DNA of 48,795 bases from Candidatus Zipacnadia bacterium. GTDB taxonomy: Bacteria > Armatimonadota > Zipacnadia > Zipacnadales > UBA11051. The position numbers and the translations under genes are program-made. Location: the NCBI GenBank assembly GCA_029821145.1, contig JALGTY010000001.1, positions 1 through 48,795 on the forward strand, in the 5' to 3' direction. Below the pieces are notes generated by a model. It had not been told where the DNA came from. It did no database searches and saw only the letters and a list, made by a program, of their open reading frames with translations. Shown one piece after another: positions 34,232 to 43,561 of this stretch. The stretch's first letter is position 1; every line of letters begins with the position of its first letter.

Positions 34232-36115
34232 ATGTTGAATGAGGAAGAGATGGCCAGGCGGTACTTAGCCGATCTGCTGTTCGATATGCTCATTTACTGC
34301 CCTGGGCCTACCAGAAGCAAAGAACTGGCGGCGCGGCTGCCAGAAAAGCTCGATATTGCTGCGGAATTCGTTGAAACGGTCCTTACAGAGGCCTTTCGCT
34401 TCGCAACGGTCGGGGGGTCGTACGATATTGCGTACCGGCAGGTACTCCCGCAAAGACCGCTGGGCGGGGCGTTTGAGGCTGTGCTGAGCGGTTGTGGCAG
34501 ACCGATACCAATGGCGCTGTTGACCAGTGAACTGGTGCGTACCAAGAAGGGGAACGTGGCTTTCTTCCAGGAGCTGGTGGCGAGCGCCGTGCAAAGGGGT
34601 CAACTGGGCGAGCTTGACGATGAGTTCATATACCTGCCTGACTGGCTTTTCGTGCCCATGCCCGGCACCGACACTGAGCGGCTGCTATATCTCAACGGTC
34701 TGACTGAGGATACGGACCTCGCCGAGGTCATGGATACTTGCACGAATGAAAAGCTCGGCTCGCGCAGCCTCACTGAAACCGCTTACGCGGTCCTCAAGGC
34801 CGCAGAGCGCTCGCTATCCAATAAGGCGCTGGGCTTTCTGGTCGGGTGCCACCAGGGCGAGAAATACGACCCGGCCGAGTTGCTGCGTCAGATGGTATAT
34901 GATGAGGAGAAACGCTTTGTGTGCGTATCCGGTCCCACCTGGATACTGGGCGAGTGGGTCGCCGATCTGCAAGAGTCGCTGCGCAAGCAGGCACCCAAGG
35001 CTGAGGAGCAGGAGCACGAGGTTGACATCGAGCAGATGCTTGCCAAGGAGATACCCGCTGATAAGCGCTATGAGCTATCCGAGGAAGAGACTGCGGGCGT
35101 AATGGCGCTGGTCGAAAACTCCAAAGCGCCTTTTACTATCGAGCAGATTCTGGCCGATGTCCTTGGCTTGACGCCCAATCAGCGCAAATATCCGCCGGCT
35201 GCGCAGGCACTGGAGCAACTGCTTCTCGTCGTGCAGAGCGTGAAGAAGCTGCAACCGGGCCGTTACCTGCGAACTGCCGCGATACCGTTGTGGGCCAGGG
35301 CAATGCCTGAAGCCCTGCTGCCAGATGAATGGATCGCGAGACTCAGCAAAGAAGGCGAACTTCTTTCGGATGACGTTATTCTGCATCCAGACGGCCTGAC
35401 GCCGGAAGCTCTGGAAGCAGCCGCCGAGCAATACTACGACGATGTCGGCGAGCTCTACGTAGCGCCGGTGGCAGCCGACACCGCGCAGGAGACGCTGACC
35501 TATCCCGTGCTGTATCACCACTACTTGGCCGGCACCATCAAGCTCCGGACAATGGACAGTGACTTTTTCGCCGAGGAAGATTCACTGACGATGGTCAATT
35601 TCCACTGCGATGACCAAGAGCTGCTCGGTTTGTGGCTCAATAAGGATACCGGGCTCATATACGGCCTGGCAGCCTGGTATCAGACGCATCTGCCCCCATC
35701 CGGGGCGCTGCTGACCATCACGAAGGCTGACGCCGCTGGCCGCTACGTGTTGCAGTATGGCGACGAGACCGATGTGCAGACGTATATCGGCAGAGAGAGT
35801 CTGCAGGAGCTGTTGATCTGGCGGGAGCGCTTTAGTCACAGGCCCACCTCACTGAGAGAGCTCATTGAGTTGCTACTCGCCGACGACAAGGGGCTCCCGT
35901 TCAGCCAGTTGTGGGCCCAGCTCAATGTCATCCGCCGCACCACGCGAGCACAGCTTGCCTCGGTGCTGAGCTTCTATCACTGCTTCGGATTCGGCGAGGG
36001 TAATCGCTGGTACCTGGACGCCGACAGGATCGCGGATGGGTATGACTGCGAAAAGCTGCAACATGTCGTGGGGCTTGATGAGCTGTTAGTTGAAGCCGAC
36101 GAGGCTGACGAATAG
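34232..36115 (+). CDS. Hypothetical cytoplasmic protein with repeated winged-helix (HARE-HTH/RNAP delta-like) units
   Basis: SD GGAGG, 627 aa, no signal peptide. About five helix-helix-helix-wing units, e.g. DEEKRFVCVSGPTWILGEW and YHCFGFGEGNRWYL. The CDS is solid; the domain call is inference. Confidence 0.7.
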   Translation: MLNEEEMARRYLADLLFDMLIYCPGPTRSKELAARLPEKLDIAAEFVETVLTEAFRFATVGGSYDIAYRQVLPQRPLGGAFEAVLSGCGRPIPMALLTSELVRTKKGNVAFFQELVASAVQRGQLGELDDEFIYLPDWLFVPMPGTDTERLLYLNGLTEDTDLAEVMDTCTNEKLGSRSLTETAYAVLKAAERSLSNKALGFLVGCHQGEKYDPAELLRQMVYDEEKRFVCVSGPTWILGEWVADLQESLRKQAPKAEEQEHEVDIEQMLAKEIPADKRYELSEEETAGVMALVENSKAPFTIEQILADVLGLTPNQRKYPPAAQALEQLLLVVQSVKKLQPGRYLRTAAIPLWARAMPEALLPDEWIARLSKEGELLSDDVILHPDGLTPEALEAAAEQYYDDVGELYVAPVAADTAQETLTYPVLYHHYLAGTIKLRTMDSDFFAEEDSLTMVNFHCDDQELLGLWLNKDTGLIYGLAAWYQTHLPPSGALLTITKADAAGRYVLQYGDETDVQTYIGRESLQELLIWRERFSHRPTSLRELIELLLADDKGLPFSQLWAQLNVIRRTTRAQLASVLSFYHCFGFGEGNRWYLDADRIADGYDCEKLQHVVGLDELLVEADEADE

Positions 36116-36153
36116 CTAGCCGTTTAGACCTCGGGTGGCGTCGTTAGTCGTAA

Positions 36154-36317
36154 TGGAAGGGCCTGTCGCAGGAAGCTTCGCTTTGCGAAGCTTTCAAGGC
36201 TGGCCCAGCTGTTGTCGTTGGGCGTTTGGGTATGGGGACCTCGCCAGGATAGCGTCCTACGTGGACCGGCCTCCCAGCGCACCGAACAACGGTGCGCTGT
36301 TCGACGCGGCCCTTCCA
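36154..36317. other. Multibranch inverted-repeat element (structured RNA or composite REP)
   Basis: Closing stem TGGAAGGGCC/GGCCCTTCCA enclosing hairpins at 36171-36195, 36203-36223 and 36275-36299. Confidence 0.55.
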
Positions 36318-36466
36318 ACAGCACCACAATGTGTAATGGGAAACGCCTGCAAAACTCTATACTCCTTTTACGATTAGAAATCCGCATAACTACAGTGGAA
36401 CTCTGAGCCACGCGTCTGTGAATGGTCGTGGTTAGGGGCAACTTGCGCGATGAAAGAGTGCACGTC

Positions 36467-37972
36467 ATGCCAGAGCAGATAAGGACCCGATTCGCGCCCT
36501 CGCCAACCGGCAGTATGCATGTCGGCAATGCACACACCGCGCTTTTCAACTGGCTGTTCGCGCGCAAGAACGGCGGTGCGGTCGTCTTGCGCATCGAAGA
36601 TACCGACGAACTGCGCTCTACCCCCGAGGCACTCGATGTCATCTACGACGGGCTGAAGTGGCTCGGAATTGACTGGGATGAAGGACCCGACATCGGCGGC
36701 CCCCACGGGCCCTACATTCAGTCGCAGCGCCTTGAGCTGTACGAGCAGAAGGTCAATGAGCTAGTCGAGCAAGGCAAGGCCTACCGCTGCTACTGCACGC
36801 CTGAAGAAGTACAACAGCGGCGCGAGATTATGCGCGCCCAGGGCCTGCCGCCCAAGTACGACGGCAAGTGCAGAACTCTTACGGAAGAAGACTGCGCAAG
36901 ACTGGCCGCCGAAGGTCGGCAGCCTTGCATCCGCTTCAAGATGAAACAGACCGGCAGTACGATCATCAATGACATCATCCAGGGCGAAGTCGTCTATGAC
37001 AACAACCTCTGCGGCGATCCGGTAGTCTTCAAGCAGTCCGGCTTTCCCACCTATCACCTGGCAGTAGTCGTTGACGATGCCGCCATGGACATCACTCACG
37101 TCATCCGTGGGGCGGGGCATCTGCCCAACACGCAGATACACCTGCAGCTTCAAGCGGCGCTGGACCTGCCGCAGCCGCGTTACGCCCATCTGCCGCTTAT
37201 TCTCGGCGAGGACCGCACTAAGCTGTCCAAACGCCACGGCGCGGTCAGCGTGATGGAGTACCAGGAGCTGGGGTATTTGCCTGAGGCGATGCTCAACTTC
37301 CTGGTTCTGCTCGGCTGGTCGCCGGGCGATGAGCAAGAGATAATGCCCCAGGACGAGATCGTCAGCCGCTTCTCACTCGAGGCCTGCAACAAGGCCCCGT
37401 CTGTATTCGACCTGAAGAAGGCCGAATGGATGAATGGTGAGTACATGAAGCAGATGGAGCCGGCTGAGTTGGCCGACCGGGTTCATCCGTGGCTGGTGGC
37501 GGCCGGGCTGATGGAACAGGACCCGTCCGAGAAGCGGCGGCAGTGGCTCATGGATGTCGTTGAGCTGATGCAGGAGCGAGCCAAGCTGCTGAAGACATAC
37601 ACCACGTGGGCGCGCTACTTTTTCACCGACGACTACGAGTATGAGAACCGCGCCCGCAACAAATGGCTCAATAAGGAAGCGACCGTAGATGTGCTGGACC
37701 GGCTTGCCGACGGTTTCGAGACGCTGGACGAGTGGAACGCGGAGACTGTCGAGAGCGTCATCCGCGGGCTGGCCGAGGAAATGGGGCTATCCGCCGGCAA
37801 GGTGATCCACCCCTGCCGTGCCGCTGTCACCGGCACCACCATCGGCCCGAGCCTGTTCCATCTATTGGTGCTGCTGGCGCATGATGATGTCGTGGCTCGC
37901 CTCCGGCGCACCGCCCGGCTTTCCCGCGATGGAAAGCTGGCCCCCACAGGCGACGATGCGGACGAGGAGTAG
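36467..37972 (+). CDS. gltX: Glutamate--tRNA ligase
   Basis: RTRFAPSPTG, HVGN (HIGH), LRIEDTD, YRCYC, PTYHLAVVVDD, KLSKRHGA, anticodon-binding domain. Confidence 0.96.
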   Translation: MPEQIRTRFAPSPTGSMHVGNAHTALFNWLFARKNGGAVVLRIEDTDELRSTPEALDVIYDGLKWLGIDWDEGPDIGGPHGPYIQSQRLELYEQKVNELVEQGKAYRCYCTPEEVQQRREIMRAQGLPPKYDGKCRTLTEEDCARLAAEGRQPCIRFKMKQTGSTIINDIIQGEVVYDNNLCGDPVVFKQSGFPTYHLAVVVDDAAMDITHVIRGAGHLPNTQIHLQLQAALDLPQPRYAHLPLILGEDRTKLSKRHGAVSVMEYQELGYLPEAMLNFLVLLGWSPGDEQEIMPQDEIVSRFSLEACNKAPSVFDLKKAEWMNGEYMKQMEPAELADRVHPWLVAAGLMEQDPSEKRRQWLMDVVELMQERAKLLKTYTTWARYFFTDDYEYENRARNKWLNKEATVDVLDRLADGFETLDEWNAETVESVIRGLAEEMGLSAGKVIHPCRAAVTGTTIGPSLFHLLVLLAHDDVVARLRRTARLSRDGKLAPTGDDADEE

Positions 37973-38003
37973 CCTCGCCTCGTTGCTGGACGCTGGTGTC
38001 GGC

Positions 38004-38032
38004 TTGCAAACCGGACTTGCCAAAGCTATAAT
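38004..38032 (+). promoter_or_regulatory. Sigma70 promoter upstream of thiC
   Basis: TTGCAA-N17-TATAAT. Confidence 0.7.
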
Positions 38033-38131
38033 TGCTCAAGCTTTCCCGAGGCGCTGCCCGACTCATGCGGCGGGGTTGCGTGGCGGCTACGGTCGAGCCA
38101 CTACTTATATGCAAGAAGGCGCAAGAGTCCC

Positions 38132-39406
38132 ATGAACATACCGTTGAAGGATTACGACAAGATACCGGCGGCCACTGTTGAGGCGGTAGCGAAAGACGAA
38201 AAATGCGCGCCGGAGACTATCTACAAGGGCCTGCAGAGCGGCACGATTATCGTCATGGGCTCGCCCGATGGCCCGGCAAAGCCCATCGGCATCGGCACCG
38301 GACTGCGCACCAAGGTCAACGCCAACATCGGCACCTCACCCGACTTTTCGTCGGCGGATAACGAGCGGCACAAGCTTGAGGTCGCGGTCGCGGCAGGCGC
38401 TGATGCCGTCATGGACCTGTCCACTGGCGGCGATCTGGATGCGATTCGCAAACAGATCCGCGCCGCCTGTCCCGTCGCTATGGGCACGGTGCCTATCTAT
38501 CAGGTTATCGCCAAGCTCGGCGAAGATGGCAAGGTCGCCGATGTCACTGCCGACCAGGTTTTTGAGGTCATCGAAAACCACGCCGCCGATGGCATAGATT
38601 TCCTCACGCTGCATTGTGGCGTCACGCAGGAAACTGTCGCCGCTTTGCAGAAAGACCAGCGCATCTGCGATATCGTCAGCCGTGGTGGCTCGATGCTGGC
38701 GCAGTGGATGGAGCTTACCGGCTGCGAGAATCCGCTTTACGAGCACTATGACCGGGTGCTGGACATTTGCCTGCGGCACACAACGGCGATCAGTCTCGGT
38801 GATGGACTGCGGCCCGGGGCGGTCGCGGATGCCACCGACGCCGGGCAGATCGCGGAAACGCGCGTTTTGGGCGACCTGGTTCTGCGCGCTCGCGCCGCCG
38901 GCGTACAAGTCTTCGTTGAAGGCCCGGGACACATGCCGCTAGACCAAATCGAAGCCAATGTTATTCTGGAAAAACAGCTCTGCCACGGCGCACCTTTCTA
39001 TGTACTGGGTCCGCTTACGACCGATATCGCTCCCGGCTATGACCATATCACCGGGGCCATCGGCGGCGCGATCTGTGCCGCCGCGGGTGCAGATTTTCTC
39101 TGCTACGTGACGCCCGCCGAGCACCTGGGGTTGCCGACAGACGAGGATGTCTGGGACGGCGTGATAGCAAGCCGCATCGCCGCTCATTCGGCCGACATCG
39201 TGAAAGGCATCCCGGGCGCACGGGAGTGGGACGATGAGATGAGCAAGGCGCGAGCGGCGCTCGACTGGGACATGATGCGCGAGCTGGCGATTAACCCGGC
39301 CCGCGTTATTGATGTACGCGGCGAGCGCGGCAGTCTCGACCCCAAAGCCTGCTCCATGTGCGGGCGATTTTGCTCCATGAAGCTGAAACTCGGCAACAAG
39401 GACTGA
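38132..39406 (+). CDS. thiC: Phosphomethylpyrimidine synthase ThiC (short form; a BzaA/B/F paralogue cannot be excluded)
   Basis: KVNANIGTS, MDLSTGG, GTVPIYQ, VSRGGS, SLGDGLRPG, EGPGHMP, YVTPAEHL, C-terminal CSMCGRFC. Confidence 0.88.
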   Translation: MNIPLKDYDKIPAATVEAVAKDEKCAPETIYKGLQSGTIIVMGSPDGPAKPIGIGTGLRTKVNANIGTSPDFSSADNERHKLEVAVAAGADAVMDLSTGGDLDAIRKQIRAACPVAMGTVPIYQVIAKLGEDGKVADVTADQVFEVIENHAADGIDFLTLHCGVTQETVAALQKDQRICDIVSRGGSMLAQWMELTGCENPLYEHYDRVLDICLRHTTAISLGDGLRPGAVADATDAGQIAETRVLGDLVLRARAAGVQVFVEGPGHMPLDQIEANVILEKQLCHGAPFYVLGPLTTDIAPGYDHITGAIGGAICAAAGADFLCYVTPAEHLGLPTDEDVWDGVIASRIAAHSADIVKGIPGAREWDDEMSKARAALDWDMMRELAINPARVIDVRGERGSLDPKACSMCGRFCSMKLKLGNKD

Positions 39407-39576
39407 CAACCGTTGCGGGCGTAGCCCAGTAATGCTGACTTATTCAATCGGCCCCGGCACATGATACGGTGAGAGCACCGGGGTGCGCTGTTCTTGCTTC
39501 TGTTTATGTATCTACGGCCCCCGGGGCAAGCGGGCTCTGCACGTCGGTCCTGCAGCCGCAAGGAGTCTGGTAATCC

Positions 39577-41247
39577 ATGTCCATCATGCGCATGCGGAAA
39601 TTCTTCGGCCGTCCGATCAAGGTCGGCAAGGGCAAGCGACGTCTGCAACTACTCACTCCGGCGATGATGATATTCGTGCTGATAATCATCGCCCTGCTCA
39701 TCGGCACTTATTTCTCCTTCGGCCCGCCATCGCGAGCGGCCAGTGACGGCCGCGGCCAAGCCACCCAGAAGCTCACCCGCGTCGTCGCCACTATCAACTC
39801 CAAGCCGATCCTGCGTCAGGATTACTACATGGAGCTGTCGCTGGCCGAGAAGCGCTTCGCTCAGCAACTCGACCCCACTCAAATGCGCTTTGTGAGAACC
39901 AGTGTGCTGCAAGGGATGATTGGCCGGCGACTCGAGCAGGAGGCAGCAAAACGCGAACGCATCAAGATCACGAAGAACGACATTAGAGCCGAAAAAGATC
40001 GCATGGTCGAGGAGGAGCTGCAGCGGCGTTTCCCGGACAAGAAGGCCATGCGAGACTATCTGCAACGGAAGCGACTCTCTCTCGATGAACTGCGGGCCAA
40101 TATCCGCAAGGCGCTGCCGGATGATGACGCGCTCAAGGGCAATCTGCAGCTCGCTAAGCTCAAGGAGAAAGTCGCATCGGCCGTGACAATGAGCGACGAG
40201 CAGCTTAAGGAGACCTTCACCGAGGTCAAGGCGCGGCATATTCTCATTACTCCTACCACCATGACCGAAGAGGAGGACGACGCCGAGAACTCGCAGGGCC
40301 AAGATGCCGAAGCCGATAAGCCCGACGAGGCCGGCGACAAAGCCGAGGAACCGAAGAGCGACGTCGAGGAAAAACTCTCCGAGGAGCAGGCCAAGCAGGA
40401 GGCTAAAGAACTTGCCGAAAAGTTGCTCAAGGACATCAAGGCGGGCGCTGATTTCGCCGAACTCGCCAAACGGCACAGTGACGATGACAGCAACGCGGCA
40501 CAGGGAGGGGACCTCGGCTGGTTCAGAAAAGGCCAGATGGTACCCGAGTTTGAGAAAGCGGCTTTTGAGACCAAGCCGGGCGAGGTAAGTGACATTGTCG
40601 AGACCAGCTTCGGTTACCACATAATCAAGGTCGAAGACCGGCGTGAGGAAATGCCGGAAGACTTCGAAAAAGAGCAGGAGATGTACCGCGAACAGGCACT
40701 GGGACAGGCCAAATACCGCGCCTGGCAGGAATATGCAACGCAACTGCACGACCAGGCTGATATCGAGGTCATTGATCCCGAATTGAAGGCGTACCAACTG
40801 CTCGACGAGGACAAGGTTGCGGAAGGCGTGACATACCTCACGCAGGCAGTGGCTAACGACCCCCACAACATTGTCGCGGCCTACGAACTGGCCGAGATCT
40901 GCTACGAAACCGGCCAGCAGGACAAGGCAATAGAGCTACTGGAGAGTATTACCACCAGCGAGTTCGGGGCAACTTCGCCGCGTGCACACATGAGACTGGG
41001 CGAGTTGCTTGTCAGCAAGGGCGAACAGGAAAAGGCCGTCAACTCGTTCAAGTCGGCTTCCGACTGGGCACGGTCCTACATCGAGAAGGACTACAGGACG
41101 CATGTTCAGCTCCAGCAGCAGTTTGAGGAGCTCAAGAAAGACGACCTGGTCGCCAAGGAACAAGAGTGGATTGACGCGTACCTGGAACACGTTCGCGAGA
41201 CGGGCATGGGCGGCGGCATGCCATTTATGCCACTCGACAGGCCCTAG
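39577..41247 (+). CDS. SurA/PrsA-like parvulin peptidylprolyl isomerase with C-terminal TPRs
   Basis: N-terminal TM; VKARHILI, FAELAKRHSDD, GGDLGWF..GQMVPEFEKAAF, TSFGYHIIKV; TPR-like tail. Confidence 0.88.
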   Translation: MSIMRMRKFFGRPIKVGKGKRRLQLLTPAMMIFVLIIIALLIGTYFSFGPPSRAASDGRGQATQKLTRVVATINSKPILRQDYYMELSLAEKRFAQQLDPTQMRFVRTSVLQGMIGRRLEQEAAKRERIKITKNDIRAEKDRMVEEELQRRFPDKKAMRDYLQRKRLSLDELRANIRKALPDDDALKGNLQLAKLKEKVASAVTMSDEQLKETFTEVKARHILITPTTMTEEEDDAENSQGQDAEADKPDEAGDKAEEPKSDVEEKLSEEQAKQEAKELAEKLLKDIKAGADFAELAKRHSDDDSNAAQGGDLGWFRKGQMVPEFEKAAFETKPGEVSDIVETSFGYHIIKVEDRREEMPEDFEKEQEMYREQALGQAKYRAWQEYATQLHDQADIEVIDPELKAYQLLDEDKVAEGVTYLTQAVANDPHNIVAAYELAEICYETGQQDKAIELLESITTSEFGATSPRAHMRLGELLVSKGEQEKAVNSFKSASDWARSYIEKDYRTHVQLQQQFEELKKDDLVAKEQEWIDAYLEHVRETGMGGGMPFMPLDRP

Positions 41248-41288
41248 TGCCGGGCGACTTAGCAAGTCGCTACTTGTGGGGTGAAGCG

Positions 41289-42107
41289 ATGCTGGCACAG
41301 TTGGCGATAGACGAGCAGGCTGCTGCCGACAAGATCGCCGGCTTTATCCGCGATGCGATTGAGGAGCCCGGCCTCGACGGTGCGGTCATTGCGCTGTCAG
41401 GTGGTCTCGATTCGGCGGTTTCGGCGTACCTGACTGCCCGTGCGATCGGCCCTGATAATTTCCGCGCCTACAACATGCCCTATGTCACCAGCAACCCCGC
41501 CAGTCAAGAGCACGCCTGCCTGGTCGCAGCTGAGCTTGGCATCGCCTTCGAGGCAATTGACATCACCCCCCAGATAGATACTTACTTCGAGCGCTTCCCT
41601 GAGGCCGATCGCATACGCCGCGCCAACAAGATGGCCAGAGAGCGCATGAGCGTCATCTACGATATGGCCAAGGTGCATCACGCCATGGTCATCGGGACCG
41701 GCAACAAGACCGAGGGGATGCTGGGCTATACCACCATGTGGGGCGACATGGCCGCCGGAATTGTGCCCATCGGCAATCTTTACAAGATACAGGTGCGGCA
41801 GCTCGCAGCGTATCTGCGCGTGCCACAGGTAATCATTGACAAGACGCCGTCAGCCGACCTGTGGCCCGGGCAGACCGATGAGGGAGAACTCGGCCTGACT
41901 TACGATCAGGCCGACTGGATACTATACAACATGCTGCAACTCAGCAAGGATGCCGAAACTATAGCCGCTGAGGGCGCCGACGCCAGTGCGGTGCAGCGTG
42001 TGTTTGCCCGCGTCGAACGCAATGCCTTCAAGCGTCGTATGCCCAGCGCCTGCGATATCTCCGACTGCTGGCTGAAGAGCTACACTGAAGCAAGTGGCGA
42101 GGTGTGA
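41289..42107 (+). CDS. nadE: NH3-dependent NAD+ synthetase
   Basis: ALSGGLDS, ANKMARERM, GTGNKTE..LGYTT..GD, PSADLW..QTDEGELG, FKR; no glutaminase domain. Confidence 0.93.
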   Translation: MLAQLAIDEQAAADKIAGFIRDAIEEPGLDGAVIALSGGLDSAVSAYLTARAIGPDNFRAYNMPYVTSNPASQEHACLVAAELGIAFEAIDITPQIDTYFERFPEADRIRRANKMARERMSVIYDMAKVHHAMVIGTGNKTEGMLGYTTMWGDMAAGIVPIGNLYKIQVRQLAAYLRVPQVIIDKTPSADLWPGQTDEGELGLTYDQADWILYNMLQLSKDAETIAAEGADASAVQRVFARVERNAFKRRMPSACDISDCWLKSYTEASGEV

Positions 42108-42988
42108 AGGTCATAGCACTATCTTCCCATTCGCGATCATCCGGCCTGCTGTTGATCGTAGCCACCCCCATAGGCAACCTCAGTGACATTTCCGAGCGCG
42201 CCCTCGAGGCCCTGCAATATGCAGACCTCATTGCCGCCGAAGACACCCGGCGTATCGCCAAGCTGATGTCACATTTCGGCATCGAGAAGCCCACCGAAAG
42301 CTTCCACGGTGACAGCGGCGCGGCGAAGCTCGACCGCATAATCGAGCGCCTGCGCCAGGGCCAGATTGTCGCATACGTGAGCGACGCCGGGACGCCGACC
42401 ATATCCGACCCTGGGGCCGAGCTGGTCAGAGCCGCTGCAGAAGCCGGCATCACGGTCTGCCCCATCCCCGGCCCCAGCGCCCTTACTACCGCACTAAGCG
42501 CCTCGGGCATCAACGCCGACCGCTTCCTGTTTCTGGGCTATCCGCCGCGCAAGGCGGGAGAGCGGGCAGAATTCTTCAGCCTGGTTACATCCCAGCCATG
42601 GACGGTCGTGCTCTATGAAGCTCCGCACCGCCTGAGGCCCACGTTAGAGGAGCTGGCCCAGGTCGCCGAAGACAGGTACGCGCTTGCAGGTCGCGAGATC
42701 ACCAAGAAGTTCGAGGAATTCATTCGCGGGCCGCTCGGCGAGCTTGCGAAACACTTTGCCGAAAACGAGCCGCGTGGGGAATTTGTGATAATCATTGAAG
42801 CCGGCGGCGACGCGCCCACTGAAACCGCACCTGACGAAGCAGCGATCCGCTCGACGCTTGAGCAGCTTCTGCAATCCGGCATGTCGGTCAAGACCGCCGC
42901 CGAGGTTGTCGCAAAGCTGACCTCAATCTCGCGCAATGCCGCATACAAAATGGCCCTGGACGTGGCAGACAAATCGGCGGAGGAATAG
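42104..42988 (+). CDS. rsmI: 16S rRNA (cytidine1402-2'-O)-methyltransferase
   Basis: VATPIGNLSDIS.RA, AEDTR, VSDAGTPTISDPG, PIPGPSA, YEAPHR, REITKKFEE, PRGEFV. Confidence 0.95.
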   Translation: MKVIALSSHSRSSGLLLIVATPIGNLSDISERALEALQYADLIAAEDTRRIAKLMSHFGIEKPTESFHGDSGAAKLDRIIERLRQGQIVAYVSDAGTPTISDPGAELVRAAAEAGITVCPIPGPSALTTALSASGINADRFLFLGYPPRKAGERAEFFSLVTSQPWTVVLYEAPHRLRPTLEELAQVAEDRYALAGREITKKFEEFIRGPLGELAKHFAENEPRGEFVIIIEAGGDAPTETAPDEAAIRSTLEQLLQSGMSVKTAAEVVAKLTSISRNAAYKMALDVADKSAEE

Positions 42989-43001
42989 GATACCGGATCC
43001 G

Positions 43002-43448
43002 CTAAGCGGCTCCAGAAAGCGAAAGTATCATCAGTCCGCCGACAACCATCAGCGTCCCGACGACCTTGTTCCACGTCAGCTTTTCGCCCAAAAACGGAAC
43101 CGCAAGGAATACCGTCAGCACCGGGTAGCCTGAAGAGAACACCGCGACCTTCGAGACCTCGCCGAGTTGGACCGCGTACAGGTATGTTGCTCCCCCAACG
43201 CCTACCCCGAAGAAGCCACTGAGGACAATATACAGCCAGGCCCGGCGGCTCAAGCGTCGCACTTCACCATAGAAACCGGTGAACAGGCCGCAAATCCATA
43301 GCGCTACGGTGGCGACGCTGAAACGGAAGAATTGTGCCGTCAGCGGCGACATCCCGGACATGGTGTTGAGGGCCACTTTGTCAATAACGCCGCCCACGCC
43401 CCATCCAACAATCGCTACCACACACGCCACAACTACGTATTTCTTCAA
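43002..43448 (-). CDS. Single-domain EamA/DMT transporter (paralogue 3)
   Basis: WGVGGVIDKVAL, GEVSKVAVFSSGYP, FLGEKLTW; about 5 TM; TTG start. Confidence 0.85.
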   Translation of the reverse strand: MKKYVVVACVVAIVGWGVGGVIDKVALNTMSGMSPLTAQFFRFSVATVALWICGLFTGFYGEVRRLSRRAWLYIVLSGFFGVGVGGATYLYAVQLGEVSKVAVFSSGYPVLTVFLAVPFLGEKLTWNKVVGTLMVVGGLMILSLSGAA

Positions 43449-43561
43449 AGTTGGATTCCTTCAGGCCCGCAGACAGCACAGTTGACAGAGATGGACTGCG
43501 GGGGAGAATTGGTACGCGACGATGGGTCGCTCGATGCGATGTGCTTCAGAATGCTTCATCG

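Noticed and set aside
39415-39490. tRNA-like start GCGGGCGTAGCCCAGT ... GGTGAGAGCACC
   Set aside because: No T-arm (GTTCRA), no matching 3' acceptor strand or CCA; spacing is incompatible with a cloverleaf.
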